A DNA stretch of 50,683 nt, filler included, from Jimgerdemannia flammicorona (Eukaryota): assembly GCA_003990765.1 (NCBI GenBank). It is 2 parts of 2 records of this genome, joined end to end, with 100 filler letters (N's around TTAATTAATTAA, not from the genome) between each part and the next. Parts side by side here need not be neighbours in the genome. Positions count along the whole stretch, not along the records: positions 1 to 25,302 come from RBNJ01000854.1; 1 more part is not named here. One strand, given 5' to 3'. Positions 1 through 11,257 of the stretch are shown here, one piece after another (the first letter of the stretch is position 1; each line of letters begins with the position of its first letter). The notes under the pieces were generated by a model. It searched no databases, had not been told where the DNA came from, and saw nothing but the letters and a program-made list of their open reading frames with translations. The translations under genes were made by a program, and so were the position numbers.

Positions 1-1045
1 CCTCCCCCCCCATTAACCTAGGCTAGCTATTGTCCAGCAGCTCAACTATGCTAGATATAGCAGGACTGATAGTGGTCCATACCTCATTCTATACACCATA
101 CTCTCCCTATTACTAAGGGGAACTCAGCCATATACCAATAACTGAAAGTATATACCCAAAACTCCAATATATATACAAGGCCACACTTAAGCTGAATAGA
201 ATAACCCCTACAACCTCAAGAAGAATGACAGGCAAAGAAAACCCCTCATCAAAGTATATCATAGTAGATAGGGCCTAATTCTCTCAGATGAGGTAAGTAA
301 AGGACTTACATGTGAGATGGGAGGAGACTCCTAATATCTCATTACTCAAGTTTATGAGCCTCAATCACATTACTATATCAGCTTCTGGTTCTAGTTAAGT
401 ATAGCTAAGATATCTGAAATAGGTAGCCTCAGGCCCCCCTATCATCAAAAGAAGTCAAGAGTAATACCTACTACCTAACTGCTCTATATCAATTAAAAGG
501 CCCCACCAAAGCAGTACCTGTCTCAGCTCTGATGACTGTCTCCAGTTTGGCACTCTACTGGTTCAGCATTATCACTCTTCCTCCTATCTATAATGGCCAT
601 CTTCTCTCCCATCCTGACAATATCCAAAAAACAGTTACCTATACCAGAACTGTACTCACTGGGAAGCTCACCAAAGCCAGAGGATCTCACCACAGATACT
701 GAGGTAGCCTATACTAGGCACTTGATGCCCAAGGTCAGCTGACTCTCTATATAATCCATGACATATCAAGATAATACCTTGTTGGTGACAGCAAAAGGAG
801 AAAAATACTACATCAAAATAAGTATATCCTAGAGGAGCTAAAGGTACCAGAAACTATACAAAAGTGAAGAAGACACTGATCTGATACTGATAAAGGGGCA
901 ACTTATCACCAATATCTTCCCCCTACTGTCTTGCAATAGGTACAGCAAATCAACCCAAGGTAGAGGGGATATTAGTTGTAGAAGTAGACTTAGAAGGTTG
1001 CCTACCAAATCTTATAACTGGTAAGATAGCAGAGAAAGGTGTTGC
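1..1045 (-). mobile_element. Non-autonomous polyA retroposon, copy 1 (3' end lies outside the window)
   Basis: Colinear with 9882-10965 (e.g. attaacctaggctagctat; ccccaccaaagcag; cagcaaa..aacc..aggtagagggg), differing mostly by transitions; ends immediately before the dUTPase of gypsy A. Confidence 0.8.
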
Positions 1046-1049
1046 TGCA

Positions 1050-1414
1050 AAGATCTCAGATAAGGTACATGAATCTAATACTAACTATGACCTCTACTCA
1101 AGTATAGAAGTAACTATTAAACCAGATAAGTAAGCAATTATCAGCATAGATATTAATGAAGGTCCCAAAAGAAACCTATATCTACCTTATAGAAAGGAGT
1201 AGTCTGGCCAAGGAAGAAAGACTCTATATAGCTAGAGGAGTTATAGATCAAAAATTCAAAGATAAAATCAAGGTCCTATTATATAATACTGAATAAAAGG
1301 CTGTCAAAATTATATATATATGGAAAACAAATTGCCTAAGCTATCATTGAAGTAAAAGAAATAAATAATCTATCACTTTCCAATAGAGGAGAGAAAGCCT
1401 TCAGATTAACAGAA
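1050..1414 (+). pseudogene. dUTPase domain of gypsy A
   Basis: Motifs TNYDL (AGYDL, 1080-1094), ERSSLA (1192-1209), GVIDQKFKD (1237-1263), GKQIA*A and RGEKAFRLT (RGxxGFGSTG, 1385-1411) in the correct order, with small frameshifts. Confidence 0.85.
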
Positions 1415-4400
1415 AAGTACTCTGATAATATAAAAAAAAAAACTAAGATACAAAAGATTGTCTATATTAAAGAACCTCAAGATTGAGACCAGAAATGATA
1501 TCAGCATATTACTGATAGATATATTCCAATAAGATGATGCCTTCATGAAATCAAGATATACTGTTTTAAATATATAAGAGAATATATTATATATATTCTC
1601 AAATCCAAGAAGTATAAGCCAACTATCTCAGAATGATGAGATAAGGAAATCAAGAACATCAATGATGAAGATAGAGAAGTACAAGATTAGAAAGAAGAAA
1701 CTACTCCAGAAACAATTACTATCTGATAAGAAATCAATACAGAATGCATCTGCCTATAAGGGAAAATTGAAGGAAATACTATTGAAGTCCTAATCAACAG
1801 TGGTGCAAACAAATGTTATCTCAATTAAAAAACTGCCAACAAATTCCACCTTAAGATATAGAGAAATCCAGAAGGAAATATTGCCATATTTGGTAATAGA
1901 ACAATATAGAAACTCTCTAAGATATGTAAGAATACACTTCTATAACTTAGAAATTATACTGCAAAACAAATCTTCCATATTGCACATCTCTCTAGATATA
2001 ATCTCATTCTTAGAGATTCCTGGCTCACTTAGGAAAATCTCCACATCAATTGGTGGATCAATAAAATTTCCCTAGAAGATATCAAATTACAACCTGAACA
2101 TACTAAGAAAAAATCAAAGCCTGAGTGTAATATTATCTCTACTATTTAAATGAAGAAGCTAATTTGAAAATCAGATCAGTATATTTATATATATATAGTT
2201 AAGGAGACTCTAGAAGAGAATAATGAAGAACTCTCTAAACTCCTAAAGAATGATAATGATGAAGACAACCTTCAAGAATTACTCAAGGATTATAAAGATA
2301 TCTTCTAAGAACTCCAAGAACTACCACCAGTCTAAGCAATAGAATATAGTATCAAAACTATTCCCAGTTCTACCCCTCTTATCATAGAATCTACCAACTA
2401 GTCTAATCTGAGCTGGAGACTCTTAAGGAATAATTATATAGTAGAACTAATAAGCAAAGATCTCATCTATCTATCAAAATTACCATATAACATACTAATT
2501 CTCTTTATTTATAAGAAGGATAGAAGTCTTTATATATATATTGATTACTGAGTACTCAACAAGATCTCTATCAAGAACTGATATATACTCTTAAGAATTG
2601 ATAAATTACTTGACTAAATATATAAGGCCAAGATCTTCTTACTCACCAACCTTATATCTGGATACTATCAAATCTATATCAAAGAAGAAGATATTTCCAA
2701 GATAGCATTTTAAATAAGATTTAGACATTATGAATTTTATATGATATCATTTAGTCTCACTAATATACTAGTAACCTTTTAAATACTGATAAATGATATT
2801 TTTTGAAAATACCTTAGAGTGTTTATTCTAGTCTATCTAGATAACATTCTAGTATATAGTATAAATAACATCATGTACTAATAATATCTATAAATAGTTT
2901 TTGATATACTTTGAGAATACAAACTCTTAGCAAAGAGAAAGAAATATCACTTTTTCAAAAAGAAATTGAATATCTAGACTATATTATCTCTGAAAACAGT
3001 ATTACTATTAACCCCAAGAAGACTCAAGCAATTTACAATTGGTCTATCCCAAAAACTCTCAAGTCTCTATAAGGATTCAATAGACTGACAGAATATTATA
3101 GGAGATTTATTTAAGAATTCTCCACAATTGCTATCTTACTTACAAGCCTTATCAAAAAGAGTGCCAATATCAAAAAAAGATAAATAAAAACATATACTAT
3201 AGCTATAAATATTTTTAAGAAAATACTGATAGATATACTAATCCTGATTAGTCCTGACTTTACAGGGCCCTTTATGGTTACTACCAATGTCTTGAATATT
3301 GCCATTAGAGCTGTCCTAATATAATATGAATACTCTGTCACCTACTTGTCTCAGAAACTTAATAAGTATGAAAGAAACTATATAATATAGGATAAGGAAC
3401 TCCTTGCTATTATCTAAACTCTGTAAGTATAGTAATATTTCCTTCTTGACAAAAAGTTCACTTTATGGACTAATTATCAAGTCCTCTGATATATCTAGAT
3501 ATAGCTAATTCTTACTGAAAGATAGATCCAATAGATGCAGATTCTTGTATCCTTTAATATTGAAATCAAGTACATTACTAAAACTAAGAATAAAGTAGCT
3601 GATGCACTCTCCCAAAGAATATAAAAAAATGATCTCATAGTAATTAGCAATATTATCACTAGTCTATTTAAAGAGGTTAAAGAGTATACTAAGAATACTA
3701 ATATATAAGAAATTGCCAAATAAATCCTTAAAGAAGGCAATAATATTATAAAGAAAGTCTATAAGAATATATCAGTCCAAAATAGATATATATACCTTAA
3801 TAATACAAGAATTTGGGTCTCTAATACTCTCATTCATTTATAAATCCTACAAGAACTTTATAATATATCTATAGCTAAATATATAGATTTTGACAAGATA
3901 TATCAATATATTGCCCAAGACTTCTACTAATTCAAAATAATATCCAACATTAAGAACTATATTGTATCTTACAATATCTACAAAAGATATAAGCTCAGCA
4001 ATTAGACACTAGCTAATACTCTACAATTACTATTAAAAACTAAGAAGAGAAGAGATGTGATCATCATCTTTATTGATCATCTTAGCAAGCAGACCCACTT
4101 TGTTATAACAACCACTACATTAACAATACTGGAAATAGCTCAGCTATTTATTAACAATATATTCTGCCTTCATGGACTACCATCAACAATTATCTCAAAT
4201 TAAGATACAAAGTTCATAAGAAACTTTTGACAAGTACTCTTCAAGAGCCTAGAAATATAGTTGAAAATGTCTACAGCATACTATTTACAAACAAATGACC
4301 AGATGGAAAGAACTAATTGAATTCTGAAACAAATGCTTAGCATCTATTGTAGCTATAAGTAAAATGATTGGAATGAAAAGCTAACTCTAGTCAAATTTGC

Positions 4401-4884
4401 TTACAATAACAGCCTAAGCATAAGTATCAAGATTATACCATTCTACTTGAATCATGGACAATATCCACAAACTCCAACAGTTGCCATCTGAACTATAATA
4501 CTAATAGTATAAGAAATCACTGATACTATACAAGATAATATTCAGTAAGTACAAGATACTCTTATAGAAGTACAAAGAATACAAATAGTATATACTGATA
4601 AGAATAGAAAAGAAGTCACCTATGAAATAGGAGAATAAGTATTACTTAGTACCCAATATCTGATCCTGAGTAATATAGATCTAAAAAAGAAACTCAAACC
4701 ATGCTATATTGGACCATTCAAGATTCTTAAAAAATATAGACCTGTTGTATATAAGTTAGATCTCTCAGAATATTAGAAAGGATCTATCCAGTATTTTATA
4801 TACATATCTCAACTTCAGCTATATATCCAAAATATCTTCAAAGAAAGAACTATACTACTTTCAGATCTAATAATTATTGATCAG

Positions 4885-5065
4885 TAGTCAAAATATAAAG
4901 TTAACTATATTTTGGACCTAAGGATTACTAGTTTGGAAGAGCCACCAAGTCCACTTAGTACTACCTCATGAAATAGAAAGGATATCCTAAATATAATGCT
5001 ATCTGGGAAAAAGAAGACAACTTATTGCCAAATATAGAAGAGGTAGTAACCCAATACAGATATCT
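4885..5065 (+). pseudogene. Chromodomain at the integrase C-terminus of gypsy A
   Basis: KYKVNYILD...YYLMK*KGYPKYNAIWEKEDNL matches the consensus EYEV..ILD..YLVKWKGY..D.TWE...NL. Confidence 0.85.
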
Positions 5066-5071
5066 AATATA

Positions 5072-5670
5072 ATGGAAATTCTGATGGAATTTTCAAAAGA
5101 TAGTCATATCTCTGAATAACCTCAGTGAAAGGAAGTATAAATTTTCTAATATAACTCTGCATAGTTAACCTACCCTCTGATATAAGCACCTAGTAATAAT
5201 ACTGAGAACAAGTCAAGAATAAGATTATTACTATAGTTCTTGGAGTAATTAAATATCAATAAAACTCTACTGAACTACTATCTGTTAACATAAATATCTC
5301 TGGAGACTCAGACCCAAATAAAGCTCAATAATATCTTAGAAGAATACAGTATTTCCAGGCCTTCTGATATCAATAAGAACTCAAAGAGTACTATAAGATA
5401 GGATGTCTTATTTATCAATAAGCTACTCTCAGTACTGCTAAATAACAAATCTGTCTTTTTATTGACCATCATACTTACATAGTTGCTAAGAGACTCTATA
5501 TTCTCTTCTGCATCTAACTCAAAACTCTTGACCACCTCTGTAGAGTATTCTCTGAAAATATTACTAACTTGAGTAATGAATAATAGAGAAAAATTATCTT
5601 TTAAGTAGTCTACTATACTGTTCTTCAGTTTGATGAATATCTAGAGTTTAGTACTGAGTCTAATGAGTAG
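5072..5670 (+). pseudogene. Accessory ORF after the chromodomain (unknown function)
   Basis: The frame from 5308 reads SDPNKAQ*YLRRIQYF..EYYKIGCLIY..IDHHTYIVAKRLYILFCI*LKTLDHL; stops are TAA/TGA/TAG revertible by single transitions; similar to the LTR ORF of B. The start position is approximate. Confidence 0.65.
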
Positions 5671-5692
5671 GCTCAAGTAAAGAAGAGAAGAA

Positions 5693-6007
5693 TATAATGA
5701 ATTATTATAAGCCTCTATAATTTCCAACAGAAATTTCTATATAAATTTCTATAGAATTTCCTATAGAATTTATAACTAGTAGTTATAGTTACCCAAAGTA
5801 GTATAACTATATATAAATATACTCAGCATACCATATTTAGTCATAGTTTTAAATATAAATAAATACTCTCTATATTGAGTAAATTGTAACCTCAGCTCTA
5901 CTTTCTTTAAATATAAGAATAAAGTAGTATTCTTACAGAAATCTCAGATCTGACTTATTAATAATTCTAAGTCTGATCAACTTGAGATATAAGTATAGCC
6001 TCTTACA
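5693..6007 (+). repeat. Probable 3' LTR of gypsy A
   Basis: Follows the purine tract aaagaagagaagaa (5679-5692); starts tataat (mutated tgtaa) and ends ttaca at 6007. The right boundary is uncertain (6007-6051). Confidence 0.5.
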
Positions 6008-6059
6008 TCTGGACAAGAACCCAAAAGTAATATTTAGATCTTACTATAACAGGTGATTC

Positions 6060-7355
6060 AGAACTCAACACTTTCTCAAGAACTCAGAACTTAGGGTGGA
6101 TAGTTATCATTGATTATTTATAATATAGTAATTCTATCAGTATATAGTTTTATTATATTAGAACTTTTACTGGCTAAGGATGACAGATGATATTAAGAAC
6201 TTCTGTTATTTCTATAATCTATATTAAAGAAATAAAATAAGAAATTAAGTATCTTTAGAACTTCTTCAACCTCTTTCAATATCTATTAGAAATTGAGATC
6301 AGATTGCCTTAGACTTTATAGTAAGACTACTCAAAACTAACTAAAAAAAGAATACTATAGTAGTATATATAGATAGGCTCAATAAATAGATATATTTTGA
6401 ACCTACTACTACTATAGTCACTACATCAGAAATAGCAAAAATCTTCTTGCATATAGTTTTTAAACTATATAAACTACTCTCAATAATAGTCTTAGATAGA
6501 GATTCCAAATTTATAAGTACTTTCTGAAAAGCATTCTTTGAAATAATAAATACTAAGTTATTATTCTTTACTACCTACTATTCACAACTGATGGTCAGAC
6601 AGAAAGAACTAACAGAACTCTCAAACAAATATTGAGAATATTCTATAGATATAAATAAGATAACTAGAACCAATACTTCCCATTAGCAGAATTTATCTAT
6701 AATAATATCAAATAGTTATCTACTCAAATGATATCTTTCTTTATAAATACTAGTTAATCTCACAAACTCTAACAACTATAGAAAAATCTATAGTATCTGT
6801 AGCAGAAGATCTTATAGTAACTATTAGAAATATTATATAATTAGTATAAAAAGAATTATAAAAGGCTTAAGAGTAATAAGTCAAATATACCAATTAATAT
6901 AGAAGAGAAGTTCTCTTTAAGTAAGAGACTTAGTTCTCTTAGAAGTCTCTAATATAACTATAGTAAATTAGACTGGATATCCTAAATAAAGTCTATGTCT
7001 AAAATATATTGAATCCTACTTAGTTAAAAAAATAATATCTAATGTATTATACTAATTAGAACTCTCTCAAGATATAAAAAATATATAATATATTTCATAT
7101 CTCACTACTTAAGTAATATACTCTAAATCAAATATCTAATTGAGAAATACTTCTACTACAATTAATAATAATTGAAGAATAATCAGAATATATAATGGAA
7201 CAAATTTTAGACTACTGAGTTATAAAAAGAAGATGAGAAATCTCTTTAGAGTATTTAGTAAAATAGGAAGATTATCTTTTATATAACTCTATCTAGAAAT
7301 CAGAAAGAAATCTCACCAATACTAAAGAAAAGATTTTAGAATATTTAGTATAATA
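6060..7355 (+). mobile_element. Second chromovirus remnant: integrase plus chromodomain
   Basis: QIALDFIVRLLKT (~6300), TDGQTERTNRTLKQILR (~6586-6637), EYIMEQILDY..EYLVK*EDY..I*KSERNL (~7186-7315). Confidence 0.8.
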
Positions 7356-8228
7356 AGAAAAAAAAACTGTAATCTCACTGATATATTACTCATATCTCCT
7401 AATCTAGAAAAATAAATAGATAAAATAGATCCAGATAATGTGGGCTAAAGAATATATATAATATATTGAATTGGAGAAGTTGCATCTCTAACTCATAGTC
7501 TTGAGATTAATCTATTACTTACTATACTATAAGATATTAATTACTAGAATAAAATAAGTAAATATGGAAAAAGTCACAAGAAATTTTTTTTCATAAACTA
7601 AGACTGATAACCTAAAAGGATTGACTGTAAGAATGATAATAAGATCAAGACAAAAGATATAAGCTATTTAAGAAAAAAACCAGTCAAACTGAAAGTTAGC
7701 CTATTCTCTCTATACTGCTGATGAAAAATGAGACATAGATATTTAAAAAGATTTCATTAAAGAAATTCTCTAGTAGTGATTGATATCAGAATTACTTCTG
7801 ATATATAGTATTGAACACAAACTCTTTAATATATAAATTCAATATATTAGATAACTATATTATAAGTATACTACTTTCTGAGAAAAATAAATATTTCTGA
7901 ACTTTTGACTATCTAAATGATATAATAATACTATATAAAAATAAAAAAACTTAATAAGGATATTGAAAATTGAGAAAGATTATTTAATAGGAATATTAAA
8001 TCTTAAAAAAGAATAATGTAATAAAATTATATTCCAATATTATAAAGAATAATATCATTAAGCTGATATTATTAAATTCATATCACCAGCAAGATTATAT
8101 ATTAGAAAACTTAAGAATATTAGTAAGATCATAGTTGTACTAATTTCAGCTCTCTTTAGCTGGTAATATTATAGTAGTTACACTAGTCTCTATACTAGGT
8201 TAGTATATACTTATACTGATATTACGAT

Positions 8229-9733
8229 TGTTATGTAGTGGTCGCTGAGTCCTTCAAATATGCCAGATTCTCTTCAAGGTGTATCTCTTAGACTAACTCA
8301 AGTTTATTATAAGTAAGTTCTTATTGGAGTGCCTTTCCGAGGTCTTATAGTCCTCAAACTTCTTATCTTTAACTATCTTGTTATCCCTTAGATTGCTTGC
8401 AAGAAAGTGTGTGTATTGCACTAAGAAGACTGACTTTATTTTAGAGGAAATAAGAGGGGTATTTATACAAAATACAATTCAATGGTTGCTAAGATATAAA
8501 GCTAAATATAAATTCCAATAACTAAAACTACTAAGTTCCAGGGTTGGTACTGATGGTTGTACAGGTTCAGGATGCTGGCATTATTTAGTATTATATCAAA
8601 ATGCCAGTACTGGAATAATTTCGCATTACCTCAGAATATCAGTGCTGGTATTATCCAGTGTAATAAAGAACTTAGAGCAGAAAGTTCAGGATCATGGGGG
8701 CTTCATCATCATCATCACTGAAGGAGATGAGATCTGTGAATTCATCATATAGGTTGCACATTTCACCTTGATATCATGTGGGATGACATCATTGCCGATG
8801 ATGTCATCACATTCGGCTGTGACGGGGAAATCGGGAACAAGGTCTGGAGCTCTCCAGTTTATGAGGTTCTCTTCTACAAAATAGGGGACAAATGTGGGGT
8901 CTTGGGGAGATCTAACCTAGATGCTTGGGCCTTGGAATACTGAGATCAATCCTTGTAGGAATTGGTCTGGGTTGTCCTAAAGGATAGGATGCCAGAAGTC
9001 TTCTACTTCTTCACTGTTGAGGGTGATAGTAGACTAGGTTTCTGTAGCCACTCTGACTTCTAGTGCATTGATACGGCAGAATGACAGGTCTCTGAAGTCT
9101 GAGACTCTAATATACTCTAAGTTGGAGATTGACCATGGTGTATGCCTGAAGATCTGATGGATCTTCTTAGCTGTCCTCATTTTGCGTATATCCATGGAAG
9201 TGGCATCTTATAGCTCTTGGGTGCTGGCCTGTGGGAACTCCTGGCAGAGAAGGTTTCTTATTTCATACTCCTACCACATTTGGAGGTATTTGGTAGCAAT
9301 GGTGATCTTTGTTTCCATTTCGTAGCAGTAGAGAATAAAGTGATAAGGGTCTGCAGTACTCAGGTTGATACTAGGAGTCCTTCTTGAGTGGGTCCCCATG
9401 GCTCTTCTGATGTCTTGGAATATCCTTTCCTCAACTGAGATACCTTGGTGATTCCTTGACCTTGAGGTTTAGCAGGCAGTAGGTATTTTTGTTTGTGGTA
9501 AGTCTTTGAGCTACATATTTTGGGATTGGTGGTTCTTGTTAGTTACTGCTACTGCGGTTCCTTGATCCTTCTTTTATATTCTTCAGGATGCTTATACTGT
9601 GGTTACAATGACTCACAGTTAGTCATCATTGCTTACCTTATATGCTGTATGATCTTCTTGTACTTCGATCTGGTGGCTTGCAAGGAAAGGCTGTCTCCTG
9701 TGCTGATGTCATCATTCTGGGGTCACTGTTACA
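8229..9733 (-). repeat. 3' LTR of element B (1505 bp)
   Basis: Direct repeat of 16634-18173; TATA-like tgtataaatacccc on the minus strand at ~8455-8470. Confidence 0.95.
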
Positions 9734-9769
9734 TCTTCTTCCTGAATAAGGATCTTCTCGAGCATCCTT

Positions 9770-10965
9770 TTTTTTTTTTTTTTTTTTTTTTTAACAGACT
9801 CATACTTATCCTGCAGATTTTTATTGGAAGGGAACCTAGACTATATAGACTAAAACCCTCCCCCACCACCCACTAAGCACTGCCCCCCTATTAACCTAGG
9901 CTAGCTATTATCCAGCAGCTCGACCATACCAGGTGCAGTAGGGCCAATTAGGCCTGTACCTCATTCTGCACACCATGCTCTCCCTACTACCAGGGGAAAC
10001 CCAACTATATGCCAATGACCAAAAGCATACACCTGAGAACCCAATATATGTACAAGGCCATACCTGAGCTGAATAGAATAGCTCCTGCCACTCCAAAGAG
10101 AATGACAGGCAAAGAAAAACTCTCATCAAAGTACAACACGGTGGGTAGGGCCTGGTTCTCTCAGTCAAGGTGAGTAAAGGACTTACACGTGAGGTAGGAG
10201 GAAACCCCCAATACCCCACTACTCAAGCCTGTGGACCTCAATCATGTTGCCATGTCAGCTTCTGGTTCCAGTTAAGTGCAGCCAAGACACCTGAAATGGG
10301 TAGCCTTGGGCCTTCTGACCCCCCCTGATGACTGGGGCCCAACCCTGCTGACTGCCAAAAGAAGCCAATAGTGATACCTACCACCTAACTGTGCCACACC
10401 AATTAAAAGGCCCCACCAAAGCAGCACCTACCCCAGCCCCAATGACTGCCCCCAGCCTGGCACCCTACTGGTTCACTGTTATTGCCCTTCCTCCTATCTG
10501 TGACAGCCATCTCCCCTCCCATCTCAACAATACCCGAAAAACAGTCACCTATACCAGAACTGTGCTTGCTGGGAAGCTCGTCAAAGCCAGAGGGCCCCAC
10601 TACAGGCACCGAGGACCTGCAGGTAACCTATACTAAGCACTTGATGCCCAAGGTCGGCCGACTCTCTATGTAGCCTGAGATACATCGAGACAACTCCTTG
10701 CTGGCAATGGCAAAAGGAAGAAGGCACCGCACCAAAACAGATATACCCCAGATGCAGCCAGAGGCACTAGAATTTGCGAAAAAGTGGAGGAAGCACCGAT
10801 CCAACATCGATAAAGGGGCAACTCATCACTATTGCCCTCCTCCCACAATGCCCCTGCAGGCACAGCAAACTAACTTGAGGTAGAGGGGGTAATAATAGGG
10901 GAAAGGGGACTCAGAAGGTTGCCTACCAAACCTTGTGACTGGTAAGGTAGTGGAGAAAGGAGCTG
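9770..10965 (-). mobile_element. Non-autonomous polyA retroposon, copy 2 (complete, ~1.2 kb), inserted into element B
   Basis: T-run 9768-9792 (polyA tail on the minus strand) with AATAAA upstream of it; 15 bp TSD ttctcgag[ca/tg]tcctt at 9755-9769 and 10966-10980; no RT or endonuclease motifs seen. Confidence 0.85.
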
Positions 10966-11257
10966 TTCTCGAGTGTCCTTATTCATTGGTCCAGTTCTGA
11001 AAAATTTGCTGATCCCATAATCTCTGGCAAGGGATTGAAAAGTAGTATTTATGGGCTGGCATCTTCTCTTTGTATTTTGGTGTGATAGTGAAGGGTCACT
11101 CCCTTCATATAGAGCAAGGGCCTGATTCTGATCTTGACCAATTAGTTGATGGTTCAAACTTCTCTGACTTTGAAAGTCTCATGGATGAGTAGTTGCCAGT
11201 GCCGTATCCCTTAGAGAATGGTCCAGACAGATAGCCTGTTGGTCATGGGACATGCTG

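Larger units (their letters stand above)
1046..6007 (+). mobile_element. Ty3/gypsy chromovirus A, decayed; gag is outside the window or displaced
   Basis: Order: dUTPase, Cys/His module, protease (IEVLINSGA ~1781-1807), RT (YLDNILVY ~2834-2857), RNase H (VTTNVLNIAIRAVL ~3277), integrase (TNDQMERTN ~4290), chromodomain (~4890-5060), accessory ORF, PPT, LTR. Confidence 0.85.

Noticed and set aside
7360..8228. Possible Mutator/MULE transposase remnant (WAKEY.., SWIM-like *LYYKYTT)
   Set aside because: Too decayed; the motifs need many reversions and no catalytic core could be read. Left as an unassigned repeat together with 18174-20180.
8222..8228. Target-site duplication of element B
   Set aside because: The flanks (ttacgat / ctataaa) give no exact 4-6 bp match, so no TSD is claimed.
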